From Somniosus microcephalus (taxonomy: Eukaryota), in NCBI GenBank assembly GCA_052327205.1, contig CM126220.1:44454001-44518000 (forward strand): a stretch of DNA of 64,000 nucleotides, written 5' to 3'. Positions 13,401 to 25,400 of the stretch are shown here, in pieces. Within the stretch, counting starts at the first letter, position 1. Each line of letters begins with the position of its first letter. The notes beneath the pieces were generated by a model. It searched no databases. It worked only from the letters and a program-made list of their open reading frames with translations, and was not told where the DNA came from. The position numbers and the translations under genes are program-made.

Positions 13401-16400
13401 ATAAGGAATGGAGTCCTGGATCCATAGAGTGGAGGCAAAACCCTGAAATCATTTATGAACCAATTGAATGCAGTAATGGGGGATGGATGAATTAAGATGG
13501 GCTGAATAGCCTTCCACATCTGTAAATATCTTGTGAATTGTACAAATGTGCCATTCTCTCTTCGTTAATTAATCTGACGATATTAAGTACAGCAATGTGC
13601 TACGGTTTTATATGGGCAAGTGTCATTGCCTATAGAGATTTCAACTAAAACGCTTAGTGCTCCGTGGTCTGCACAAAAAAGCTACTGTCGTACTTGCTGT
13701 TCCCGATAAGTATCTCTGCCTTTTCAGACCACCACATCTGAGTTTAGTTGGACTGTAGATAAAGTCCCCTCTCCGATTCACTTAATTGGAAAGTATTCAG
13801 AGCCTCTGCTCCATTGATCCACCATTGGATAGAGCCTCCCCGATCCATCATTAGTTGGAGTGTACAGAACCCCCTTCCCAAATCCCTTTATTTGCATAGT
13901 ATGCAGAGCTCCCTCCTCTTGCATGATCTACCTTTAGTTGGATATTATGCAGAATCCCTCTTTGCCGATCCGCTTTTAATCGGGTAATATGCAGACCCCT
14001 CCCCCTCTTAATCAATTTTGGTTGGCTGAGATACCGAGCTCCCCCTGCTTCCCCTGATCCATCTTTAGTTGGACAGAATGAAGTTTCCCTCTGGTCCATT
14101 TTCTTTAGTGTTCTGGAAGCTTTGTTTCTTCAGTTGTTGCAGACTGAATGAGGTGGATTGAGTCCATGACTGTGAAACAGTACATAGTATGTTGTAAGGG
14201 AAGAGTTCTGGGATGAATTGCCTTCTCTTGTTTCATACTTTATGATGTCTGTGTTTTTCTTCTCTATCTCTACTCAGACAGAGCTATTGATTTGATCCCA
14301 TTCTGCATATCTATATGTTTGTCATTCTAGGACAGACAGCTGAAGATCAAACATCTGGTTCTGTCTTCACATGAGCGAGCTGTTCGAAATTGCCCTTGGA
14401 TAGTTGGGTTGTGGAAAAGTTATCTTCTGGCACTGGAGCGACACAGAGCTGATCACAAGGTTCTAACAGGTAACCTTGTACCGAGAGCAGCCCATTGCGT
14501 TAGAAAAGCCTTAGCTTAGTCTGATGCATAAAAAAAATGTTGAAACCATAATGTTTCATGGTTAGGCAGCAAGAGCACAATTCCTTCTAACTGTGTTTTT
14601 ACCTGCTTCGCTTGCTTTTCCACTCAACCAAAGTGAGTGAGAGGGGCAAGTGAAATTAGGATTAAAACTCTCAGCTTCTGGTTAGGTTTGCCAACCACTT
14701 ACATCTGTGGGAAGCTCTTTTTTCCCTTCCTGCTCCTGATGCAGAGTTTAATGCTTAATGACATTTTTAGTCAGACATAATTAATCTATGCACACTCTGA
14801 AGAGGGTGAAATAGGTGCTTGTAAAGTTTTAGGTCATTGAGTTACAAAATTCTATACAGTTATTCTTAGATGCTATCCTGTAGGACATCACTTCAATGAA
14901 ATTCACTGTTTTTTTGTAATTGGTAGATACTTTTGAAAAAGCATTGATTGCTGGGTTCATCCAGGCTACAGACTACGTGGAGCTTTGGCAGTCCTATCTC
15001 GACTATCTGAGGCGGAGAGTCAATTTCAGCCAAGGTACAGCATAAAGGTGGCTGTCCACTACTTCAGTCTTATCTCCGTGACAGTATCAAACAATGGCAA
15101 AGTGTAAATATGGTAACGGCAATAAAATGTTGCTGAGAATGGTAACTTCTTCCCTTGGAAATAGTACCTGATTTGAGGCAAGTTCGCTTTCTCAGTAAGA
15201 CAGGAGAGTGGAAAAGCCCAATGGGAATGCTGAATCTAGATGCAAGTCGAAGTTACCAAAGATGCAAAGTTGTTTAATACAGGCAGTGAGGACCAGATTA
15301 TGGCAGGGAAGGTACTGGGGCTTGGGAGGGTGGTATATGCTGAGGACCTTTAGGAGAAGTGGGAGATGGTAGAGACTGAGATACTCTAGTGCAGAGTTGG
15401 GGGATAAGTTGAGATGGGATCTGGCGATGTGATGGAATACATTGGGGGGGGGGGGGGGGGGCGGAGCTTCAGTGAGGGAGAAATATCGCCGTCAATGAAT
15501 CAGGCTGAGGTAGGGGCAGAGGTAGATGATGTTGTGAACTTAGAAGTAAGCAGTCTTGGTAATGGATAGGATGAGAGGTTTGAAATTCAGCTGTGGGTTG
15601 AACAGGACTCTGAGGTTGTGCACAGCCTCGGTCAACATGAGGAGGCATCCACGGAGTTGGTGCTAAGGGAACAGTTAAGGCCTTTGGTCTACCCATTGTT
15701 CATTTGGAGGCAGTTTTGGCTCAGTCACAACCTAATGTCAGACAAGCAGCTGGGCAGCATGAAGGTAGTTGTGGGTTGAGGGAAGTGGTGTAGTGGTAGA
15801 GCAGGGTATCATTAGCATACTTGTGCAAACTCAAACCAGGACTAGATTAGGTCACTTGAGGGGCAAATGATGATGAAGAAGAGGGGAGCAAGATGGAACC
15901 TTAAGGATGGTGCAGAGTTGCGAGGGGGGTGGGGTGGTGACGAAGCATTTTTGGAGATACATTAGCTGCGTTGGGGCAGGTAGCAGTGGAAGCAAGTAAG
16001 TGCAATCCCATGGAGCTGGAACATAGAAGAAAGATGGTGGTGGAGGATGGTGAGGCCAATTAGGTCGAATATCTTGGAGAGATTGAGCATGGCAGGGAAG
16101 GACACACTATGGATCGTCACAGAGGATATCATTGAAGTGCAATCTCAGTACTGTGAGCTGGGCGGAAACTGAATTGAAGGGATTTGGACAGGGAGTTGTT
16201 GGAAAGGTGGGTGTGTAATTGGGTAGCAACGAAACATTCAAGGACCTTAGAGAGAAAAGATAGGGAGAACAAATGGTTAAGGGTGGGCTTTTTGAGGAGG
16301 GGGTGCTGACTGCAGATTTGAAAGTGAAACACGCAATGTCTGAGCAAAGAGCCATTTATGACACTGGTAAAAGGAACCAATAATGAGGTCCAAATGGCGG

Positions 16401-19400
16401 TTCATAACAACTAGGGCTGGACCTGCTTATATATGACCTAATTCTGTTATGGAGCCTCTTAGATTGAAACAGTAGTCTGACCCCCACCATCAAAGCGCCA
16501 CAGCTATAAGTACCATTTCATAATCATGAGAGAGGAGAGTCTTATTTGGAACAAACGAAAGGCACAATTGCTTGTCTTTCCATCTACCTGCTGTTGACTA
16601 ACAGTACGTTAAGTAAAGAGTGAACCAGTCCTCACAGCAGCAGTAGGAGTATTTGAGTGACTGAGAACTAACAATTAAACTCTCCTTAATCAGTGGAGGC
16701 AGAATTGGATGGCCGGACACATGGAGGTATTCACTACCTTCAGCACTGAGACCAAGCCCATAACTTTGTTGATAAAAAGTTGACCATGGTGTTGCCTAAC
16801 CCCCTCTCTTTCCGCCCCCCGCCTCCCACACTTGTTACGAGGTCTCTCTTTCTCCCCGCCCCCTTTCCCTGTAGAGGTTTGCTTTCCTGTTAATTCTTTG
16901 TCATTTTGTTTGAATAGATTCCAGTAAAGAGCTGGAGGAGCTCAGATCAGCTTTCAGTCGTGGTGTGGACTACTTGAAACAGGATATAGAGCAACGTATG
17001 TTTGCGCTTTTGTGTTTTAAAAATAGTATGCTGTAGTCATGTACAGTATTACAGTGATTGACTACTCTGGCCAGTTAGTCATGAGCAGATTTGATTTCTG
17101 CCATTTTCTGATTTACCTGGCATGCTTTTTAGAACATGAGAGCCAGAGGTGGGAAATGATCATTCCGTCATTGAACCTCATCTCTCTCTAAAACATGTAG
17201 CATCCAACTCTAATTTGAAAAATCCTAATATTATTTATTCTTTAACCCTGTCTGGCAAATTCAAGATTGAACACATTTGTCAGCCAGGATCTTCCCTATC
17301 TAAATCCATGCTGGCTCTTTCTTATTCAGTTACTGCTATACACGTATTCTTCCAGCTATGCTTTAGAGTAGATTCAATTATTTTACTTGTTACAGATGTT
17401 GAGTTAATGGGTCTGTAGTTTCCTGTGTCAGAATTGGTAACATGTTTCTTTGCTTCTAGTTTTGCATAACCTCAACAGTGCCCAGTGAATAAATTATTGA
17501 GCACTGGTGAAGTTCTGCAGGACTGGAATTCGATAAACACTTGGACTAAATGTATAGGTAAACAGAACAGTTACCTCCAATGGCTAAGCTACCACGGGCA
17601 TAGTTCTTGAATTACCTCCTGTTGTACTGAAACTTCTGTGAGTCATGATAATAGCCAGTGCCCCACAAATTCCTCTGTGGTGTCCTTCAGAACTCTACAA
17701 TTTGTACTTCTGACCTAGAGGATTTTTTTTGATCTCAAGTTCCTTTATCAGGTGCCTGATTTTGAAATTCTCTAGGGTACTGGGCGTACTATAGAAATTG
17801 GATAGCAAGTTAGTATTATGATCTTTAGTGAATATTTCTAGAAAATATTCTTTTAATGTTTCAACTATTTTGACTTCACCAATACTTTTGCTTTTCATAA
17901 ACCTCCTGTTTATCTGCTGTTTTACTGGAAGAACATTTTAATATTACACTGATTGCTAACTAAAGATCATTAGCCCCTAGCGATTCCATTAGTTCTATGT
18001 TATGGATGTTATCATTGAATGGAAATTACTAGAGTATTTGACACCGGCTCAAAAATCAGCCCTGTACCACATTCAATAGCTTTAATTCTGTTGCCTCACT
18101 TTAGAGGAATATGTAGGCAGCTATTCTAGGAGTGCTTGGAAGAGAGTTGGCATTGTACTCGTGGCAGTTCAGTTAATGAGCACAGGGAGGAAATGACATT
18201 GCTAAATATTAATGGCCCTTTGTAGAGTGTTTCTTCTAGCTGCATTCTATTAATAAGCACTGCAGCACAAGTTCCTTGCTCAGTGTATGGTGTTCTGCTT
18301 CACTCGCGGTAAACATATTTATTACGCACACGTCCTATTTTAGCAGTTTACAATTGTTAATCCCCTCAGCTTTCAGTTAAATATATTGATTTTTGTCCCT
18401 TGTATAGTTCAGGAAAGATAAAGATATTTGACTGGTTGCTACCTATATCTAGTCTACAGTCCCACTCAGGATATTGCTGGCTGGGTTCCTAATTCCATCC
18501 AATATTTCTTCTTGGTTTGGGAGTTAACTCAACTTAGTCACTAGATAAATTGTTTTCAGTCTTTTATGCAGTGTTTTGATCTGTGGCTGATAAAAACTGA
18601 AGTAACTTCTGGCCTTCCTGCAGGATTCAGTGAGAGTGGGGACCCTTCTTGTACAATTTTACAGAATTGGGCGAGGATTGAGGTAAGACTACACGTGGAA
18701 CCTGGGGGCTTTTGAGAAAATATTTCAAATAGTAGTAAGCAATAAGGAAGCCAGTGAAACAATCCTAGAACATGTAATCCTAAATATAAAGAGGACATGC
18801 AAAGCACAACCTCTATTTGGTCCATTTGTGTCTATTTGAAAGGGAGTGTCACAATGGTATATTGAGGTATATGTAGTTTAAAAAAAATTTATTCATGGGA
18901 TGTGGGCATTGCTGGCAAGGCCAGCGTTTATTGCCCATCCCTAATTGCCCTTGAGAAGGTGGTGGTGAGCCGCCGCCTTGAACCGCTGCAGTCCGTGTGG
19001 TGAAGGTACTCCCACAGTGCTGTTAGGGAGGGAGTTCCAGGATTTTGACCCAGCGATGATGAAGGATCGGTGATATATTTCCAAGTCAGGATGGTGTGTG
19101 ACTTGGAAGGGAACTTGGAGGTGATAGTGTTCCCATGCGCCTGCTGCCCATGTCCTTCTAGGTGGAAGAGGTCGTGGGTTTGGGAGGTGCTGCCGAGGAA
19201 GCCTTGGCGAGTTGCTGCAGTGCATCTTGTAGATGGTACACACTGCAGCCACGGTACGCTGGTGGTGGAGGGAGTGAATGTTTAAGGTGGATGGGGTGCC
19301 AATCAAGCGGCTTACATTGTCTTGGATGGTGTTGAGCTTTTTGTGTTGTTGGAGCTGCACTCATCTAGGCAATTGGAGAGTATTCTATCACACTCCTGAC

Positions 19401-22400
19401 TTGTGCCTTGTAGATGGTGGAGAGGTTTTGGGGAGTCAGGAGGTGAGACACTCGCCACAGAATATCTAGCCTCTGACCTGCTCTTGTTGCCACAGTATTT
19501 ATGTGGCTGGTCCAGTTAAGTTTCTGGTCAATGGTGACCCCCAGGATGTTGATGGGGGATTCGGCGATGGTAATGCCATTGAATGTCAAGGGGTGGTGGT
19601 GGTTAGACTCTCGCTTGTTGGAGGTAGTCATTGCCTGGCACTTGTGTGGCGCGAATGTTATCTGCCACTTGTCAGCCCAAGCCTCAATGTCGTCCAGGTC
19701 TTTTTGCACGCGGTGATGGACTGCTTCATTATCTGAGGAGTTGTGAATGGCACTGAACATGGTGCAGTCATCAGCGAACATCCCCATTCTGACCTTATGT
19801 TGGAGGGAAGGTCATTGATGAAGCAGCTGAAGATGTTTGGGCCTAGGACACTGCCCTGAGGAACTCCTGCAGCAATGTCCAGGGACTGTGATGATTGACC
19901 TTCAATCACCACAACCATCTTCCTTTGTGCTAGGTATGACTCCAACCAGTGGAGAGCTTTCCCCCCAATTCCCATTGACTTCAGTTTTACTAGGGCTCCT
20001 TGATGCTACACTCGGTCAAATGCAGTCTTGATGTCAAGGGCAGTCACTCTCACCTCACCTCTGGAATTCAGCTCCTTTGTCCATGTTTGGACCAAGGCTG
20101 TAATGAGGTCTAGCGTCGAGTGGTCCTGGCAGAACCCAAACTCTGCATCAGTGAGCAGGTTATTGGTGAGTAAGTGCCGCTTGATAGCACTGTCAATGAC
20201 ACCTTCCATCACTTTGCTGATGATTGAGAGTAGACTGATAGGGCAGTAATTGGCTGGATTGGATTTGTCCTGCTTTTTGTTGACAGGACATACCTGGGCA
20301 GTTCTCCACATTGTCGGGTAGATGCCAGTGTTGTAGCTGTGCTGGAACAGCTTGGCTAGAGGCGCGACTAGTTCTGGAGCACAAGTCTTCAGCACGATAG
20401 CCGGGATGTTGTCGGGACCCACAGCCTTTGCTGTATCCAGTGCGCTCAGCCGTTTCTTCATATCATGTGGAGTGAATCGAATTGGCTGAAGACTGGCTTT
20501 TGTGATGGTGGGGACCTCAGGAGGAGGCCGATATGGATCATCCATTCGGCACTTCTGGCTGAAGTTGTTTGCAAACGCTTCAGCCTTGTCTTTTGCACTC
20601 GTGATGGGCTCCACCATCATTGAGGATGGGGATATTCATGGAGCCTCCTCCTCCCGTTAGTTGTTTAATGGTCCACCACCATTCACGACTGGAAGTGGTG
20701 GGACTGCAGAGCTTTGATCTGATCCGTTGATTGTGGGATCGCTTGGCACTGTCTACAGCATGCTGCTTCCACTTTTTAGCATGCATGTAGTCCTGTGTTG
20801 CAGCCTCCCCAGATTGACACCTCATTTTTAGGTACGCCTGGTGCTGCTCCTGGCATGCTCTTCTACACTCCCTTATTGAACCAGGGTTGGTCCCCTGGCT
20901 TGATGATAGTGGTAGAGTGAGGGATATGCCGGGCCATGAGGTTACAGATTGTAGTGGAATACAATTCTGCTGCTGCAGATAGCCCACACCGCCTCATGGA
21001 TGCTCAGTTTTGAGCTGCTCGATCTGTTCTGAATCTATCCCATTTAGCACAGTGGAGGGTGTTCTCAGTGTGAAGTCGGGACTTTGTCTCCACAGTGACT
21101 GTGCGGTCACTGCTACCAATGCTGTCATGGACAGATGCATCTGCGACAGGTAGATTGGTGAGGATGAGGTCAAGTCGATTTTTCCCTCGTGTTGGTTCTC
21201 TCGCCACCTGTCGCAGGCCCAATCTGGCAGCTATGCCCTTCAGGACTCGGCCAGTTCAGTCAGTAGTGGTGCTACCGAGCCACTCTTGGTGATGGACATT
21301 GATGTCCCCTACCCAGAGTACATTCTGTACCCTTGCTACTCTCAGTGCTTCTTCCAAGTGGTGTTCAACATGGAGGAGTACTGATTCATCAGCTGAGGGA
21401 GGGCAGTAGGTGGTAATCAGCAGGAGGTTTCCTTGCCCATGCTTGACCTGAAGCCATGAGACTTCATGTGTCCTGAGTCAATGTTGAGAATTCCCACAGT
21501 CACTCCTTCCCGACTGTACCACTGTGCTGCACCCCTGGTGGGTCTGTCCTGCCGGTGGGACAGGACATACCCAGGATGGTGATGGAGGAGTTTAGCACAT
21601 TGGCTGAAAGGTATGATTCTGTGAGAATGACTGTCAGGCTGTTGCTTGACTAGTCTGTGGGACATCTCTCAATTTTGGCCCACGTCCCCAGATGTTGGTA
21701 GGAGGACTTTGCAGGGTCGACTGGGCTGGGTGTGCCATTGTCGTGTCTAGCTGGTGCCGAGGTCGATGCTGGATGGTCGGTCCGGTTTTATTCTTCTTAT
21801 TGTGTTTCGTAGCGGTTTGTTACAACTGAGTGGCTTGCTAGGCCATTTAAGAGGACAGTTAAGAGTCAACCACATTGCTGTGGGTCTTTGGGAATGGTAG
21901 CTCTATCTTCATATAGGTAATTAAATGATTTTTGGATTAATTTTGATGAGGCTTTGGCTTGTCTATTTTGTCTTCTGGATATATTTGAAGGAGGAGGGAG
22001 TCCGGTATCAGTAAACTCTGTGAGATGGGCAGCAATGCATGTTTCAGATCAATTCCCAGCAGTCTCTTATCAATCGCCCATTGATTCTATTTGTTTAATG
22101 ACCATCCCAGGTAACTTATTCTAGATGTCAATTACCCGTTGTGTGAACTGCATTGGTCTGGATTCCCTATTTACTCCTAATATCCTTATTTTTAAATTGT
22201 TAATTTTTGAACCCTTTGTGTGAATACTTTGGGTCAACTTTGTCAATCATTTTATAAAGCTGAAAAATTCTACTAAGTCTCTTTCCCATTGAGTAGATGA
22301 TTTATGTGTGGCAACATACTATTGAGGTCAGGACAGAGGCAACATTCTCTGATAACCAGCCCACAATATTAAATTGTTTGCATGTACTTATTTCCATGTA

Positions 22401-25400
22401 TGTGCCTACAGTGTACCCCACTGCAGACATACAGCAACAAGCTCTTGCTTGTGCTGACTCTGGGACTCAGGTGGGGGTGGTGAAGAAACAGCACCCTTAC
22501 ACTCTGGTTTATGCAGCCCTTTTATCTGGATTGCCCCTGTGGAGGATACCGCTACATAAGAAATGATCTTCCACTGTGTGCATGGGGGATCTGCTCCCAT
22601 GTTGAGTTTTTGCACGTTTTCTGTTTTTACCCCTCAGCTGGGCTGCTTGTGCTGGGAGGAAACTTGCTTTCCACAAGATCATAATGGCTTGCTTCCAATT
22701 TGCTCAACCACACCATACATATGCACTCCTCACTTCTGTGGGATTTCAATAGCTTGCCCTTATTCTGTCCCCAGTGACTGTGGTGAATCATCTGTGGAGA
22801 TATATGTGCAAGTTGCTATTGGAGATCAGCTTTGCTTAACTTGGGTTTGAATATACATGAACAGACGGAAACGAGACTTTGATGTCCATAACTGGTTGTT
22901 TACTCATAAGTTGACATGGTCATCTTTGTTCAGATATTTTGTAGATATTTACATATGTATTTGTGTTCTATGTTATTTAATTCCATATTATACAATAGCT
23001 GAGACCTGCAGCTGGAGCATACAGGTAAAGCAGCTCCCTCCCCAGAAGAACAGCACAAACATTTTGGGTCTTTTCGGTCCTTATCTTAGATACTCTGCCT
23101 GCTGTATTTTAGATTGATCTCATAGGTGAGTTCTTAGCCACTCACAATTTCACGAGTACCTTCACTAGTCCTGTTAGCTAGGTATACTTTGGTAATGGCC
23201 CAGAAATTCGGGTCGGGGGCTTCCCGCGGGTGTAAGCCCCCGACCTGCACTTGCCTTGTGCGCCGGCCGTTGAGCTGTGGGCCCCCATGGAATTCCGACC
23301 CTGGGCCTGCTCCGGCTGCCGGCGCGCAGTGCTTGTGTATCCCAGGGGCGCAGTTAGTTCGATGCGTCCCCTGGGATCACGTGGGCCATGGGGAGCCAGT
23401 CGGAGCAGGGAATGCCCATTCATAAGTTTGACAGGTCAAAACTTATACATACTACGGGCCCCAAAACATCACTAAATCTTCAAATAATTTTTTTTTTAAA
23501 TCACATTTTTTAAATAAACTATAAATTACATGAAACAACTTTTAAACAATAATTTAAATTTTTGAAAAAAATAATTATTTTATTTTCTAACGGGGCTAAA
23601 AATAAACTTACCTTGCTTTAAAGTATTTTAAAATAATAAACCTGTGGAAAAAATGTTTTAATTTTAATTAATTCACCACTTACCTTGTAAAAAGCAGGCC
23701 TTGCGCCTGCTTTTTAAATGTCTAACTGCTGGAGACATACCCTCCTGGGAAAACCTGCAAAAAAAACGTAAGTTCGATGCGCACGCGCTGCCTCTCCTGC
23801 GCACGCGTTCGAACTCTGAACCCCTTCATTCAGGGGAACGGAAGTGCCGGTTTCCCGCGCATGCCTCATCTTCAAAAATTGTCAGAGCATCGCACCAGAC
23901 CTTGTTTCAGAGCTTTGCCATCAAGTGAATTTATAATATATTTGCAGTAGATATACTACACCAGCTCTCCAAAAGGAAAATAATAAATATAATCTGTGCT
24001 AAACCATTATGTTATCGTGAACCTTTACCTTTATTTTCAGCATTCTTTTCATCTTCTAGCCTTAGCAACTGCTGAAGCTATATGACCTCACTTATCTCTG
24101 AAAATTCCAAGCTGACTCAATAATTTGAACATTCCAGCCTAATTAAGTGCTCCTCAAATAATTGCTGGGCCTCCTTGCATTTGAATAAGATTCATCAAGG
24201 GCACAAATTATCCAGTTTTTTTTGTTTGTTCCTCATCTGTAAATTCAAAAGCTTCATTATTACCAGCGTACGCTACTGACTTCAGCCACTTGTCCTATAT
24301 ATAAGTTGTGCAAAGGTGATCTAGGTGATTTGTCAGACATATGTAGTCCTTTTAAAAGTGCTTTGTGGGGTGGGGGGTGGGTGGAGGGGAACTGGCAATG
24401 TGTGTACCTAGAAATGAGGAAGAATGGTTTGTGCTGTGTGCTTCTGGGGAGGTAGCTGCTTTATCTTTGTGTTCCTGGTAACAAAAAGAGAGAAGGTTTG
24501 CCCTGCATGTGTCTAGGAATTAGGACAGGTGGTTTGTACTGTTCCTGAGAATGAGTAAGGGTGGTTTACACTATGTGCCCCTGAGGATGAGGGTGACTAG
24601 TTTGTGCCGTGTCCCTGAGGATGAGGGTGACTAGTTTGTGCCATGTGTCTGAGGATGAGGGTGACTAGTTTGTGCCGTGTCCCTGAGGATGAGGGTGACT
24701 AGTTTGTGCCGTGTGTCTGAGGATGAGGGTGACTAGTTTGTGCCGTGTGTCTGAGGATGAGGGTGACTAGTTTGTGCCGTGTGGATGAGGGTGACTAGTT
24801 TGTGCCGTGTGTCTGAGGATGAGGGTGACTAGTTTGTGCCGTGTCTCTGAGGATGAGGGTGACTAGTTTGTGCCGTGTCCCTGAGGATGAGGGTGACTAG
24901 TTTGTGCCGTGTCTCTGAGGATGAGGGTGACTAGTTTGTGCCGTGTCCCTGAGGATGAGGGTGACTAGTTTGTGCCGTGTCCCTGAGGATGAGGGTGACT
25001 AGTTTGTGCCGTGTCTCTGAGGATGAGGGTGACTAGTTTGTGCCGTGTCCCTGAGGATGAGGGTGACTAGTTTGTGCCGTGTCTCTGAGGATGAGGGTGA
25101 CTAGTTTGTGCCGTGTATGTCTGAGGATGAGGGTGACTAGTTTGTGCCGTGTGTCTGAGGATGAGGGTGACTAGTTTGTGCCATATTTTCCTGAGGATGA
25201 GGGTGACTAGTTTGTGCCGTGTCTCTGAGGATGAGGGTGACTAGTTTGTGCCGTGTCTCTGAGGATGAGGGTGACTAGTTTGTGCCGTGTCTCTGAGGAT
25301 GAGGGTGACTAGTTTGTGCCGTGTCTCTGAGGATGAGGGAGACTAGTTTGTGCCGTGTGTCCCTGAGGATGAGGGTGACTAGTTTGTGTCGTGTGTCCCT

